A stretch of DNA of 64,000 bases from a bacterium (lineage in GTDB: Bacteria > Electryoneota > JAOADG01): NCBI GenBank assembly GCA_963681965.1, contig OY820579.1, forward strand, positions 32,001 to 96,000, read 5' to 3'. The notes beneath the pieces are model-generated. The model was not told the DNA's origin. It did not search any database and saw only the letters and a list, made by a program, of their open reading frames with translations. Made by a program: the position numbers and the translations under genes. This document shows positions 29,486 through 38,304 of this stretch, one piece after another (position 1 is the stretch's first letter; each line of letters begins with the position of its first letter).

Positions 29486-29599
29486 TCACTTCTTGAAGCG
29501 GATGAGTACCGACAATCCTTTGATCATGGCGGCAACGAAAAATGAGACGATCCATCCGATCAGATAGACTGTCGCTGCGAAAATTACCGGATCGGTCAT
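29486..29599 (-). CDS. 37-aa single-TM protein, probable extra subunit of the decarboxylase pump (absent from ORF track)
   Basis: Hand translation MTDPVIFAATVYLIGWIVSFFVAAMIKGLSVLIRFKK; ATG abuts the upstream stop, GAGGAGG RBS. Confidence 0.75.
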   Translation of the reverse strand: MTDPVIFAATVYLIGWIVSFFVAAMIKGLSVLIRFKK

Positions 29600-30022
29600 T
29601 TAAATTTCCTCCTCGGAATATTCGATCAGCAGTTCTCCGGTTTGAACGGAATCACCTTCATTCACATGGATAATTTCGATACGCCCATCGTCCGGTGAAT
29701 AGATCTTGGTGATCATTTTCATGGCATCGATCTCGAGCAGTACTTCGTGCCATTTCACTCGCTGTCCAGATTTCACATGGATCTTGTGCACAACACCGGA
29801 TAAGGGAGAATTGATTTGATCGACCCCCTCGCTTTTCGGTTTCGATTTCGGAGTGATTCGTTCCACTTCCGAAGCAGTAATCATCGATGGCAAATCGGAA
29901 AGCTTCTCCACTTTCGGAGGATGATGCGATTGAGCGGATACATTATCCGATTCGTCGTCTTCAATCACTTCAACATGTACCTCATACGGAACGCCATTCA
30001 CGGAGACGCGGTACTTTTTCAT
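29600..30022 (-). CDS. Biotin carboxyl carrier subunit
   Basis: MKKYRVSVNGVPYEVHVE; biotinyl-Lys motif DAMKM. Confidence 0.9.
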   Translation of the reverse strand: MKKYRVSVNGVPYEVHVEVIEDDESDNVSAQSHHPPKVEKLSDLPSMITASEVERITPKSKPKSEGVDQINSPLSGVVHKIHVKSGQRVKWHEVLLEIDAMKMITKIYSPDDGRIEIIHVNEGDSVQTGELLIEYSEEEI

Positions 30023-30336
30023 GTTGTCTTCCTGTCAATTTGGTGTGATAAAAACAGTTGTGTTCTTCCAATCCCGCTCCACGATTCAGTCCCGGGTGGG
30101 GATTGAAGATAGCGGATGTGATGAATAACGAATTTTTTGCTTTCGCAGGCTGCGATCGCCGCCATAATTGCAGCAACGACTTGCCCATCGGGAGTCGACG
30201 GTGACGGAACCGCAGAAACAACGGCAACCTGTTCCCGTTGTTCGCGTCGTTCCCGGTACTTCGTAGCTTTGCGGGCAGCGATAATTGCAATTACCGCGAT
30301 CACCAGAAGGATGAGCAATATCAGATATTCATTCAT
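30019..30336 (-). CDS. OadG/MmdD-like membrane-anchored subunit
   Basis: N-terminal TM, VVAAIMAAIA, WSGIGR. Confidence 0.8.
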   Translation of the reverse strand: MNEYLILLILLVIAVIAIIAARKATKYRERREQREQVAVVSAVPSPSTPDGQVVAAIMAAIAACESKKFVIHHIRYLQSPPGTESWSGIGRTQLFLSHQIDRKTT

Positions 30337-30369
30337 AGTCTATCCTGATCAGCGATCGGATCGATGCGA

Positions 30370-31917
30370 TCATAACGGTATCGTTCCATGTTTTTTCGGT
30401 GGACGCAATTCCCGTTTCGATTCGAAAGTTGCGAACGCGAACAATAGATACTCTCTGGTATCGCCGGGTTGAATGATGCTGTCGATCTGACCGTGACTCG
30501 CAGCAACATACGGCGAAGCGAATTTATCGCGATACTCTTCGATTTTTTCCTCGCGCAATGCCTGTTGATTCTCCACCGCTTCGAGTTCTTTCTTATAGAG
30601 AAGATTGACGGCGCCTTCGGCACCCATCACGGCGATTTCGGCAGTCGGCCAAGCGAATACGCGATCGGCACCCAACGCTTTAGCGCACATTGCCAAATAC
30701 GAACCGCCATAAGCTTTCCGCAAAATCACCGTTACTTTCGGAACGGTAGCCGCCGAATAGGCGAAGAGCATTTTTGCACCGTGACGAATGATACCCCGAT
30801 GTTCCTGTTCGATTTCAGGCAAGAAACCCGGCACATCGACTAACGTGAGTAACGGGATATTCATTGCATTACAAAACCGAATGAACCGAGCCGCTTTATC
30901 CGATGAATCGATATCGAGTACCCCAGCCTTCACCGAAGGTTGATTGGCGACAATTCCGATCGTTCGACCACCGATCCGTGCCAGACCGATTACAATATTC
31001 GGAGCGAATAACTGGAATATTTCCAAAAAATCGCCATCGTCGATGATTCTGGTAATCACATCCCGGACTTCGTAGGGTTCTCTGGGATCGTCGGGAATGA
31101 TACTATCCAACTCATCATCGTGTCCAAAATCGAGCGTACCGTAACGGGCAGTACGCGGTGGATCGATCGCGTTGTTTTGCGGCAGGAAGGACAATAAGCG
31201 CTTGCTCAGTTCGATTGCAGCCTCGTCGCTTTCAACTACAAAATGTGCCAAGCCCGCCTTCGAAGAAGCGACTCGGGCACCGCCCAACTCTTCAGCTGTA
31301 ATTGATTGTCCAGTAACGGCTTTGATGACATCGGGACCGGTTAACAACATCTTCCCGACTTTATCGACCATAATGACAAAATCTGTCAGTGCCGGAGAAT
31401 AAGCCGCGCCACCGGCACACGGTCCGGCAATGATCGAGATCTGCGGTACGACGCCCGACAGGAGCGTGTTGTGATAGAAGATTTCGCCATAACCGTGAAG
31501 CGATTCGACCCCTTCCTGAATTCTCGCACCACCGGAATCGTTGATCTGAATAAACGGAGCTCCGCATTTCATCGCTTGTTGCATCGCGGAAACAATCTTC
31601 TGGGCATGCATTTTTCCGACTGCACCGCCACCGACGGTAAAATCCTGCGAAGCGACAAATGTCAGGCGTCCGCGGATCGCACCGCAACCCACGATCACAC
31701 CGTCGGCAGGAAATTTCGATCCATCCGAATCACCCGGCGCCGTTGCAAACAATCCAAACTCTTGAAAAGTACCGGGATCGAGCAAGTAGTCGATGCGTTC
31801 GCGAGCCGTGAGTTTTCCGGACGAATGTTGCTTCTCTACGCGTGCAACACCACCCAGCTCATACATTTGGCTCTGACGTTGATCCAGTTTCTGCGATTTC
31901 TGCTTTGTTGTAGCCAT
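30370..31917 (-). CDS. Acyl-CoA carboxyltransferase (methylmalonyl-CoA decarboxylase alpha-like)
   Basis: GKLTARERI, DSGGARIQEG, GPCAGG, DVPGFLP, RKAYGG, KKHGTIPL; start placed at MATTK. Confidence 0.92.
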   Translation of the reverse strand: MATTKQKSQKLDQRQSQMYELGGVARVEKQHSSGKLTARERIDYLLDPGTFQEFGLFATAPGDSDGSKFPADGVIVGCGAIRGRLTFVASQDFTVGGGAVGKMHAQKIVSAMQQAMKCGAPFIQINDSGGARIQEGVESLHGYGEIFYHNTLLSGVVPQISIIAGPCAGGAAYSPALTDFVIMVDKVGKMLLTGPDVIKAVTGQSITAEELGGARVASSKAGLAHFVVESDEAAIELSKRLLSFLPQNNAIDPPRTARYGTLDFGHDDELDSIIPDDPREPYEVRDVITRIIDDGDFLEIFQLFAPNIVIGLARIGGRTIGIVANQPSVKAGVLDIDSSDKAARFIRFCNAMNIPLLTLVDVPGFLPEIEQEHRGIIRHGAKMLFAYSAATVPKVTVILRKAYGGSYLAMCAKALGADRVFAWPTAEIAVMGAEGAVNLLYKKELEAVENQQALREEKIEEYRDKFASPYVAASHGQIDSIIQPGDTREYLLFAFATFESKRELRPPKKHGTIPL

Positions 31918-32333
31918 CTTACGAAGCACCTGTCGGGTAAAGGGGTATCGAGAGGGAAGAGTGAGTTCCTGATTAAGGGGATCGTCTGAGCTTTGAAGTA
32001 CTTTTCCGATCCTCATTACTCTTGAAAAATAATCAAAAAAGGGAATTCGGACAAATTTTTCAGGCGAAACAAATGAACCGTTTCGCTTATAGACTTGTTT
32101 TCGATACAACTAATTGCGTAATATTGGTTCAATCGGCAAGTTTCTTGTTGTTAAATAATAGTCTGTTATTTATAATCACCAGATTATTCGTGATTCGGTT
32201 CACAATAATATTGTACGATCAAAACGAGTTTAGTGCGGTAACGGAAAAGATTTATCGATTTTGTACAAACGGCATTCAACCTAGCTTGATTGCATTACTA
32301 TTACTATCGATCGAAATACTCGAAGGGAGGAAG

Positions 32334-32666
32334 ATGAAAATTATCGATACTCCGTTTACGGTACTTGACTGGTCTGAAATCGCAAGCGATTCGATTTCGG
32401 GATCAATCGGGATATGCGATTGGCAAACCCTCGAAACAGGCAATGTTCGGATTCGCAAGGTTCGATATCAGCCCGGTTTTCAAGCGGATCATTTCTGCAA
32501 ACGCGGACACGTGGCACACGTCCTTTCGGGTGATTTGACGATTGCATTGAACGACGGTACGATTCACTTGCTTCAAGCCGGGATGAGTTTCGTAACAGCC
32601 GACGACGAAGCCAACCCACATGCGGTTTCGACAATCAATGGTGCGACGGTGTTTATCGTAGATTAA
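32334..32666 (+). CDS. DHCW-motif cupin-fold protein
   Basis: GGGAGG RBS; YQPGFQADHFCKRGH; C-terminal GATVFIVD. Confidence 0.85.
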   Translation: MKIIDTPFTVLDWSEIASDSISGSIGICDWQTLETGNVRIRKVRYQPGFQADHFCKRGHVAHVLSGDLTIALNDGTIHLLQAGMSFVTADDEANPHAVSTINGATVFIVD

Positions 32667-32678
32667 GTTGGCGGTCGA

Positions 32679-34922
32679 TTAGACTGAAGGAAACTGCCAC
32701 TGCAATAGGCGAGATTTATATTCGCGACAGAAGAGTTCCGCTTCCTGTTTCTTACCGTTGAACATCACGGCATGAATCAACCCAATACCAGCGACAAACT
32801 CGAGTTCGTAACGCAATTCCTGATTGGTTTCGGTCGTGATGGCGAGTACCAGTCGCAGCAATTTGCTGCCATCGGTTTGTGGAATCAGTTTGTATCCATC
32901 ACTTCGAGCCCGCCCACTCCCCGGCAATTCAAGCATCCGCTTCAATTGACTTGCCATCCGGAAACCGTGGACATCGTTTTCCCAAACGTAGTTTCCGAAC
33001 TGCAACGGCAATACCGCAAGTGCCGGACCGAACAGCGATAGCAATCCACTCTTGCCGGAACCAGTGTGATCGGGATCGGCTTCATCCAATGCATCCAAAT
33101 ACCAGTGTCCCGAAGTTTTTACCGCATTCAGAACTTGCTTGCCGTCATCCAATAAAAAGCGTCCGTATAGTCCAGAGCGTATTTTTACGATCACATCGTC
33201 TGTAGTAAATCCGGACGATAACCGGTAATTCCACTCCCCGCCGATAATCGAAAATGGAAAATAATCTTCCAATTTGGTGGGGAATTGAGCAACGAAATCA
33301 GTTATGAGATCGCCCGGTAGCAGCTCTCCCTCAGCCAGATAGTGGGTTTGATTGCCTCGTTTGGCGACGAGACTAGCCCACTTCGCTGACAGCGTTTGCG
33401 CACCGGGATACCAATCCGATTGGAGTTGGACATGGAGATGCGGTTCCGGCGAACGTCCACTGTTTCCGACACGACCGACTTCTTGACCGGCGTTGACATG
33501 CTGTCCGATCGCAACTTTCACGCTGCCATTCTGAAGGTGTGCTAACAAAGAATATTCACCCTTCGAATGATAGATCGAAACGTAGTTTCCGAAGGGATTT
33601 TCGGTATCGACCGTTTGCGGTGGATTGTCGGGAAGATAATTCACGAAAGCAACTACTGTTCCGGCAGCCGGTGCCAGTACCGGTAGTCCGTAACCATAGT
33701 AATCGGTCAAAGAGAGACAAGGATATGAAGCAGATCGTTTATCGCGATCCAGCAACATCAAATCCCAGGCATACTTACCAATTCCATTATGGGTGGGTTG
33801 ACCGTCCACGCTTTGTGTCAGCGTCCATTGTCCGTAGTGCGGCATGCGGAAAGAGGTCAGTGCGTTGCCAGAGGTTCTCCGCCAGCGCCAATATTGCCGA
33901 AGATTACTCTCGGCAGTCCCCACATTCGCCAGTGGATACACATGAATACCCTTTAATATTCCGAGCCGGAAGGGAAAGAGTAGTATTAGAATACCGATCG
34001 CAAAGGGGAAAGCAAGTGGCGGCAGGTCGCTGGGTGCGAGAAAAATCTTCGTTGCAACCGCGAGAACTCCAACCAGCACAGTTCCGAGCAATGCAAAGAA
34101 AATACCGCGCCAATTCGGCAACACAAAAACACCGCACAAAGCTCCAGCCGCGAAAACACAATTGAACGCGGTTAGCGCAGTTTCTTCACTGAATAATTGC
34201 GCATGCACAAAAAGATTAACGAACAGGATTCCGATACCAGCACCGACGACCATCGCAATTGCGGTGATACGGGTTCCGAGCAGGATCCCGGTTAAAATTA
34301 AGAGACCTGCCAGAACACTGGTCTGGAATGATGTTGCACCGATCACCCTAAGAAATAAATTCACCATATCGGGTAATCGCGCAGTTAAATGCTCATTGAG
34401 AGCGAGCAACCACGGAATGTAGTTTTCACTATGTGCCTGACTTATCGGGATCCGCGATTGTGGTACCATCCGCGTCGATAAAAGCCCCACCCAACTAGCC
34501 AACACAAAGGGTAATGCCGTAGCGGACAAACCGTATTGCCAGCCCAACCAACTGGTCAACATAGCACAGAGGACTGCGGCAAAGATCGCAGCAAGTGGTA
34601 CTAAAAAGAGCATCGAAAGGGACGGCGACAGATAGAGCGAAAGCGCCAATCCGGTTAACAAACCCGCCGCTCCAAAAATACCGGCACGGAAGTAAGCACG
34701 GTCGGCGAAATACAACTTTGCAAAGAGATGGGCAGAAAGCGCACCGAGTAAACCGTAAAATCCGTGGTGAAGTTGGAGAAAAGTGGCTGCTAAAAATAGG
34801 AGACCGGTGCGACGGCGACCGGTAAATAGAACGGCTCCATAGGCAGTGAGAAGATCGTTAATCAGCTCGCGCAACACTTGGAGCCGATTAGATTTGAGAA
34901 CGCTGCCGGTTGCATCACTCAA
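32679..34922 (-). CDS. Urea-transporter-family membrane domain fused to an M23 peptidase and an unknown C-terminal domain
   Basis: About 10 TM segments with two LPF/FPF repeats; TH...WD, GNYV...AHL, GNSGRSPEPHLHVQ. Confidence 0.85.
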   Translation of the reverse strand: MSDATGSVLKSNRLQVLRELINDLLTAYGAVLFTGRRRTGLLFLAATFLQLHHGFYGLLGALSAHLFAKLYFADRAYFRAGIFGAAGLLTGLALSLYLSPSLSMLFLVPLAAIFAAVLCAMLTSWLGWQYGLSATALPFVLASWVGLLSTRMVPQSRIPISQAHSENYIPWLLALNEHLTARLPDMVNLFLRVIGATSFQTSVLAGLLILTGILLGTRITAIAMVVGAGIGILFVNLFVHAQLFSEETALTAFNCVFAAGALCGVFVLPNWRGIFFALLGTVLVGVLAVATKIFLAPSDLPPLAFPFAIGILILLFPFRLGILKGIHVYPLANVGTAESNLRQYWRWRRTSGNALTSFRMPHYGQWTLTQSVDGQPTHNGIGKYAWDLMLLDRDKRSASYPCLSLTDYYGYGLPVLAPAAGTVVAFVNYLPDNPPQTVDTENPFGNYVSIYHSKGEYSLLAHLQNGSVKVAIGQHVNAGQEVGRVGNSGRSPEPHLHVQLQSDWYPGAQTLSAKWASLVAKRGNQTHYLAEGELLPGDLITDFVAQFPTKLEDYFPFSIIGGEWNYRLSSGFTTDDVIVKIRSGLYGRFLLDDGKQVLNAVKTSGHWYLDALDEADPDHTGSGKSGLLSLFGPALAVLPLQFGNYVWENDVHGFRMASQLKRMLELPGSGRARSDGYKLIPQTDGSKLLRLVLAITTETNQELRYELEFVAGIGLIHAVMFNGKKQEAELFCREYKSRLLQWQFPSV

Positions 34923-34934
34923 GGGTAATGTCTT

Positions 34935-35060
34935 TCAATTCACCAACACTGCGCGATATCGTACAGAATTGGATCTTACCTGTGCTATTTCGTCCGCTTC
35001 ATCTTGCCGGAGTAATAATGTTACACTTGGTTCTTGAGCGGTTTGGACAGCAAATTTCAT
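34935..35060 (-). CDS. Putative 41-aa peptide inside the RRE cluster (absent from ORF track)
   Basis: MKFAVQTAQEPSVTLLLRQDEADEIAQVRSNSVRYRAVLVN; occupies 126 of the 145 intergenic bp; weak RBS. Confidence 0.4.
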   Translation of the reverse strand: MKFAVQTAQEPSVTLLLRQDEADEIAQVRSNSVRYRAVLVN

Positions 35061-35067
35061 CTCGTAC

Positions 35068-36450
35068 TCACTTTCGGAGATGTTCCGGTAGTTGATCGAG
35101 TTGCTTCCAATATTCGACAGTTTCCGCTTTGCGAACGATGTGTGTCTCGCCTTGTTCGTCGATTAAAATTACTGGCGGTCGTGTATGAATAAACTGCGTC
35201 GACTGGGTAAAATTGTATGCCCCGATGTTGCGGACGACTAAATGATCGCCGGTACGCATCTGCGGTAATGAGGTATCGTGACTCAACACGTCGATGTTCA
35301 TGCACAGATTTCCGAGGATCGTGGTTCCCTCGGTCATGACGCCGGTTTCCGCCGAAGCCCGCATATCGTACTTATACCAGTAAACATTCGAGAGCAAATT
35401 GATGCCGGCATCGACTACGATCGCTTTCCGATCGCCACTTAACCGCCGTTGACTGACGACAGTGGTAACCATGTGCATCGACTCGTCCACCATCGCTCGA
35501 CCGTGTTCGAACATTAACAGTGGCAACTCGTCGGTAGAGAACGGACCTTGCAATAGTATCGGACAAATTGCTTCGGCATACATATTGAAATCCGGGCAGG
35601 ACTGCTCACCCGGCAACCAAGCGGAATGGAGCGTATTTTTCGATGCAAAGCCACCGCCGAGATCCCAGTATTTGAGCTTTATATCAAAATCGTTGCGAAG
35701 CAGAGTGGCTAACTCGACGATCTTCGTTGCTTGCTGCGAATACATATTGACATCGTCGATGTAGGTTCCAATGTGACAGTGAATACCGACTAATTCGAGA
35801 TGCTGACTATCGACGATTCGCTTTGCGACGGTATAAGCATCGCCGCTTTCGTATTGGAATCCAAAACGCGACCACGGTGGATAGTTCAATTCCAGTGCGA
35901 TACGGATTCCAACTTCGACTTTTCGATTCAATTCGCGCGCAACTTCTTCCATCAAGTAATATTCATCGAAACTATCCAAATTGATAATTGCGCCATCTTC
36001 GACTGCTCGCGTCAAATCCTGACGCGATTTATCGGGACCATTGAAAACGATTTGATTTCCGGGAATTCCGTTTCGTCGAGCCATCTCGTATTCGGTACCC
36101 GAAACGACTTCCGCCCATGCCCCTTCGCTATGCAATGTCATCGTAACGGCATCGAGGTAATTCGTTTTATAACTGTATGCGAGTTGTACTCGAGGATATC
36201 GCGGACCGAAGGCTTGCATCAACATCCGGTAGCGACGCCGGAGCGACGATTCCGAAATCACATACAGCGGCGAACCGTACTTCTTGACCAATTTTGCAAC
36301 CGAGACGCTATCGATCGAACTGTAAGGATAGGCAGAGTGGGGACGACCGTATTTGTTGGTCAATCCGACCACATTGCGAATAATTGTCGGCTTTTCCCAA
36401 AACTCTTTACGAATGGAATCGCCTTCATTCGGGGTAAATTGTCCCGTCAT
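35068..36450 (-). CDS. PLP-dependent fold-type III decarboxylase (DAP/Orn/Arg decarboxylase family)
   Basis: YGSPLYV, YSYKTN (PLP Lys), FNGPDK, HCHIGT, DLGGGF, EHGR, GNLCMNID, GAY. Confidence 0.9.
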   Translation of the reverse strand: MTGQFTPNEGDSIRKEFWEKPTIIRNVVGLTNKYGRPHSAYPYSSIDSVSVAKLVKKYGSPLYVISESSLRRRYRMLMQAFGPRYPRVQLAYSYKTNYLDAVTMTLHSEGAWAEVVSGTEYEMARRNGIPGNQIVFNGPDKSRQDLTRAVEDGAIINLDSFDEYYLMEEVARELNRKVEVGIRIALELNYPPWSRFGFQYESGDAYTVAKRIVDSQHLELVGIHCHIGTYIDDVNMYSQQATKIVELATLLRNDFDIKLKYWDLGGGFASKNTLHSAWLPGEQSCPDFNMYAEAICPILLQGPFSTDELPLLMFEHGRAMVDESMHMVTTVVSQRRLSGDRKAIVVDAGINLLSNVYWYKYDMRASAETGVMTEGTTILGNLCMNIDVLSHDTSLPQMRTGDHLVVRNIGAYNFTQSTQFIHTRPPVILIDEQGETHIVRKAETVEYWKQLDQLPEHLRK

Positions 36451-36452
36451 TA

Positions 36453-37559
36453 TTACTCCTTTTCTCCATGTCCAGCACGATCGTCTCGATAAACGACTTC
36501 ACCATGCACAATCAGTCCTTCCAACGCATCCAATTCACAAATAATATCGACTGCATGTCGAGCGAAAGTCACGCCACTACGATAGTTCGGCAACACTCCG
36601 GGATCTTGTCCCAGTGCCAATTGTAGGTTTGCATACGGTAGATTCTGCCCTGATCCGGTCGTAAGATAGCACCACGATGGAAACCGGGGATTGATTTCAA
36701 TCAGGTAAAACATCCCGCTCTGTTCGTGTCGCATCAATTCCAATTCACAGGGACCGCGCCATTGCAAAGCTTCGATGACTCGTCGCGACAGTTCCAAGAG
36801 TTCGTTATCGCGAATCGTAATCCCTGCCCACGCTTTGCCTTTTTCCGTCAACCGCAGTTTACGCATCGGTACTGCGCCGATTAAATTCCCTTTGCCATCG
36901 CCAACGGCGCAGACATTGTATTCCTCACCGGGAATCATGTTCTGCACCATGATCGGAATACCCCATTTGGCGCGAAGTTTTTCAAAATAGATCACCGCTT
37001 CCGACCAGGAATGCGCAATATATGCTTCGTAGAACACCCCTTTGATTACCGCCGGAAATCCTGTCCGGGCAATGGCTCGATCGAGCGACGGTAGGTCGGT
37101 AACGGTTTCAGTGATTGGAACCGGTAGGTCGTTTTTCGAACAAAACTCGACTAATCGTGCTTTGGAACGCATTCGCAACGATTTCAGATCGGGAATAAAA
37201 GTACCGATCCCCATCGTAGTAAGATCGTCGCGGATCGAATTATACAGATCGAGTTCGGAATCAAGATTGGGGATGATCGCATCAAGTTTCACGCGCGAGT
37301 TGATATAGTGAATTCGATCAAGCGTAACTTCGGCACCCGTGTTGGGATAAGGGATGAGATAAACCTGATCGACGATATCTTTATCGAAGCTTCCAGTATC
37401 ATAGGTGTCGTAAGTCAGACCAATAATCAAGCCATCGTACCCGCCTTGACGAATCGATTTCGCCACAGCGATTCCGGGGGCAGGATTATCGGTCGCTTGT
37501 AATCCGGTGATTGCCACAGCTTTCGGACGAGATGCACTGTAACTATCGCTTTTTATCAT
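36453..37559 (-). CDS. ATP-grasp ligase (CarB/PylC-like)
   Basis: AIIPNLDSEL, FPAVIKG, VQNMIPGEEY, LIEINPRFP; AGAGGA RBS before MIKSD. Confidence 0.9.
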   Translation of the reverse strand: MIKSDSYSASRPKAVAITGLQATDNPAPGIAVAKSIRQGGYDGLIIGLTYDTYDTGSFDKDIVDQVYLIPYPNTGAEVTLDRIHYINSRVKLDAIIPNLDSELDLYNSIRDDLTTMGIGTFIPDLKSLRMRSKARLVEFCSKNDLPVPITETVTDLPSLDRAIARTGFPAVIKGVFYEAYIAHSWSEAVIYFEKLRAKWGIPIMVQNMIPGEEYNVCAVGDGKGNLIGAVPMRKLRLTEKGKAWAGITIRDNELLELSRRVIEALQWRGPCELELMRHEQSGMFYLIEINPRFPSWCYLTTGSGQNLPYANLQLALGQDPGVLPNYRSGVTFARHAVDIICELDALEGLIVHGEVVYRDDRAGHGEKE

Positions 37560-37649
37560 CAGATGCTTCCTCTGCACAATAATCCCGAGCATCGCTTCCG
37601 ATCGAAATTCGGATCACACCGTCGTGAATATCGGCTCTTAAACATTCTA

Positions 37650-37886
37650 TTACAGTAAAGAGAATTTCTTAATTTGTGTCACGAATTGTTCGATATCGAA
37701 GCGTGCTTCACGCTCGTCGACTTCGAACTTATTCATCACATCCCGAAGGATTGAATTCGGTTCTTTCTCAGCCAGCAATTGCTGCATGATATAAGTTCCG
37801 GAATTGTTGAGTGTATAGGTAATGCCGGTAGCATGGTCGAATAAAAACCCGCTTTCGGTCAAGGTAATGCGGTCATTGAGGGGCAT
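37650..37886 (-). CDS. Stand-alone PqqD-family protein / RiPP recognition element (RRE)
   Basis: 78 aa: ESGFLFDHATGITYTLNNSG...KFEVDEREARFDIEQFVTQI (3 strands + 3 helices pattern); GGAG RBS. Confidence 0.88.
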   Translation of the reverse strand: MPLNDRITLTESGFLFDHATGITYTLNNSGTYIMQQLLAEKEPNSILRDVMNKFEVDEREARFDIEQFVTQIKKFSLL

Positions 37887-37997
37887 TCTCCGTCCCATCC
37901 AATCAAGCGAGATTTTCCAATCTCGACATTCTTCGATACAACGGGTACGGCGGTAATACGTTGATTGCAAACAATCCAGTAAGATCGACGACCCGAC

Positions 37998-38189
37998 TTA
38001 AAATATCGCCAGCAGTCTCGACCAATCGACATTTAATCCAAGCAAAGCGCGCTTTTCAGCCAATTGTGCCGTTTCACCATAACCTTCGCGTACGGAACCA
38101 TTGCTCAACGTAACGAAGCTGCGATACTGCTTTCCAAAAACTTCCGTTATCATCGAAATCACGATAACGCGTTCGATTTCTTTTTCCAT
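37998..38189 (-). CDS. 63-aa hypothetical protein
   Basis: GAGG RBS before MEKEIERV; GYGETAQLAEKRAL resembles a dsRBD/HicB-like hairpin-helix. Confidence 0.5.
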   Translation of the reverse strand: MEKEIERVIVISMITEVFGKQYRSFVTLSNGSVREGYGETAQLAEKRALLGLNVDWSRLLAIF

Positions 38190-38304
38190 GGTAACCCTCA
38201 ACGGACTGCTCATTCTTTGCTCCAAGGTCACAGATAGGTATTTATCCGCTCGAGAGACAATACGATTGAAATTACGGTTTAAAACTCCCAAATCAACATC
38301 ATAA

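Noticed and set aside
31918-32333. Na+ riboswitch or long N-terminal extensions for the carboxyltransferase and cupin ORFs
   Set aside because: No riboswitch consensus could be verified; the extensions are AT-rich divergent-promoter DNA, and homology begins at 31917 and 32334.
35068-37559. Plain lysA/carB, pyrrolysine or PQQ biosynthesis
   Set aside because: The ligase is a single ATP-grasp unit; pylB/D/S and pqqB/C/E are absent; decarboxylase motifs differ from LysA (YSYKTN, EHGR, LCMNID).
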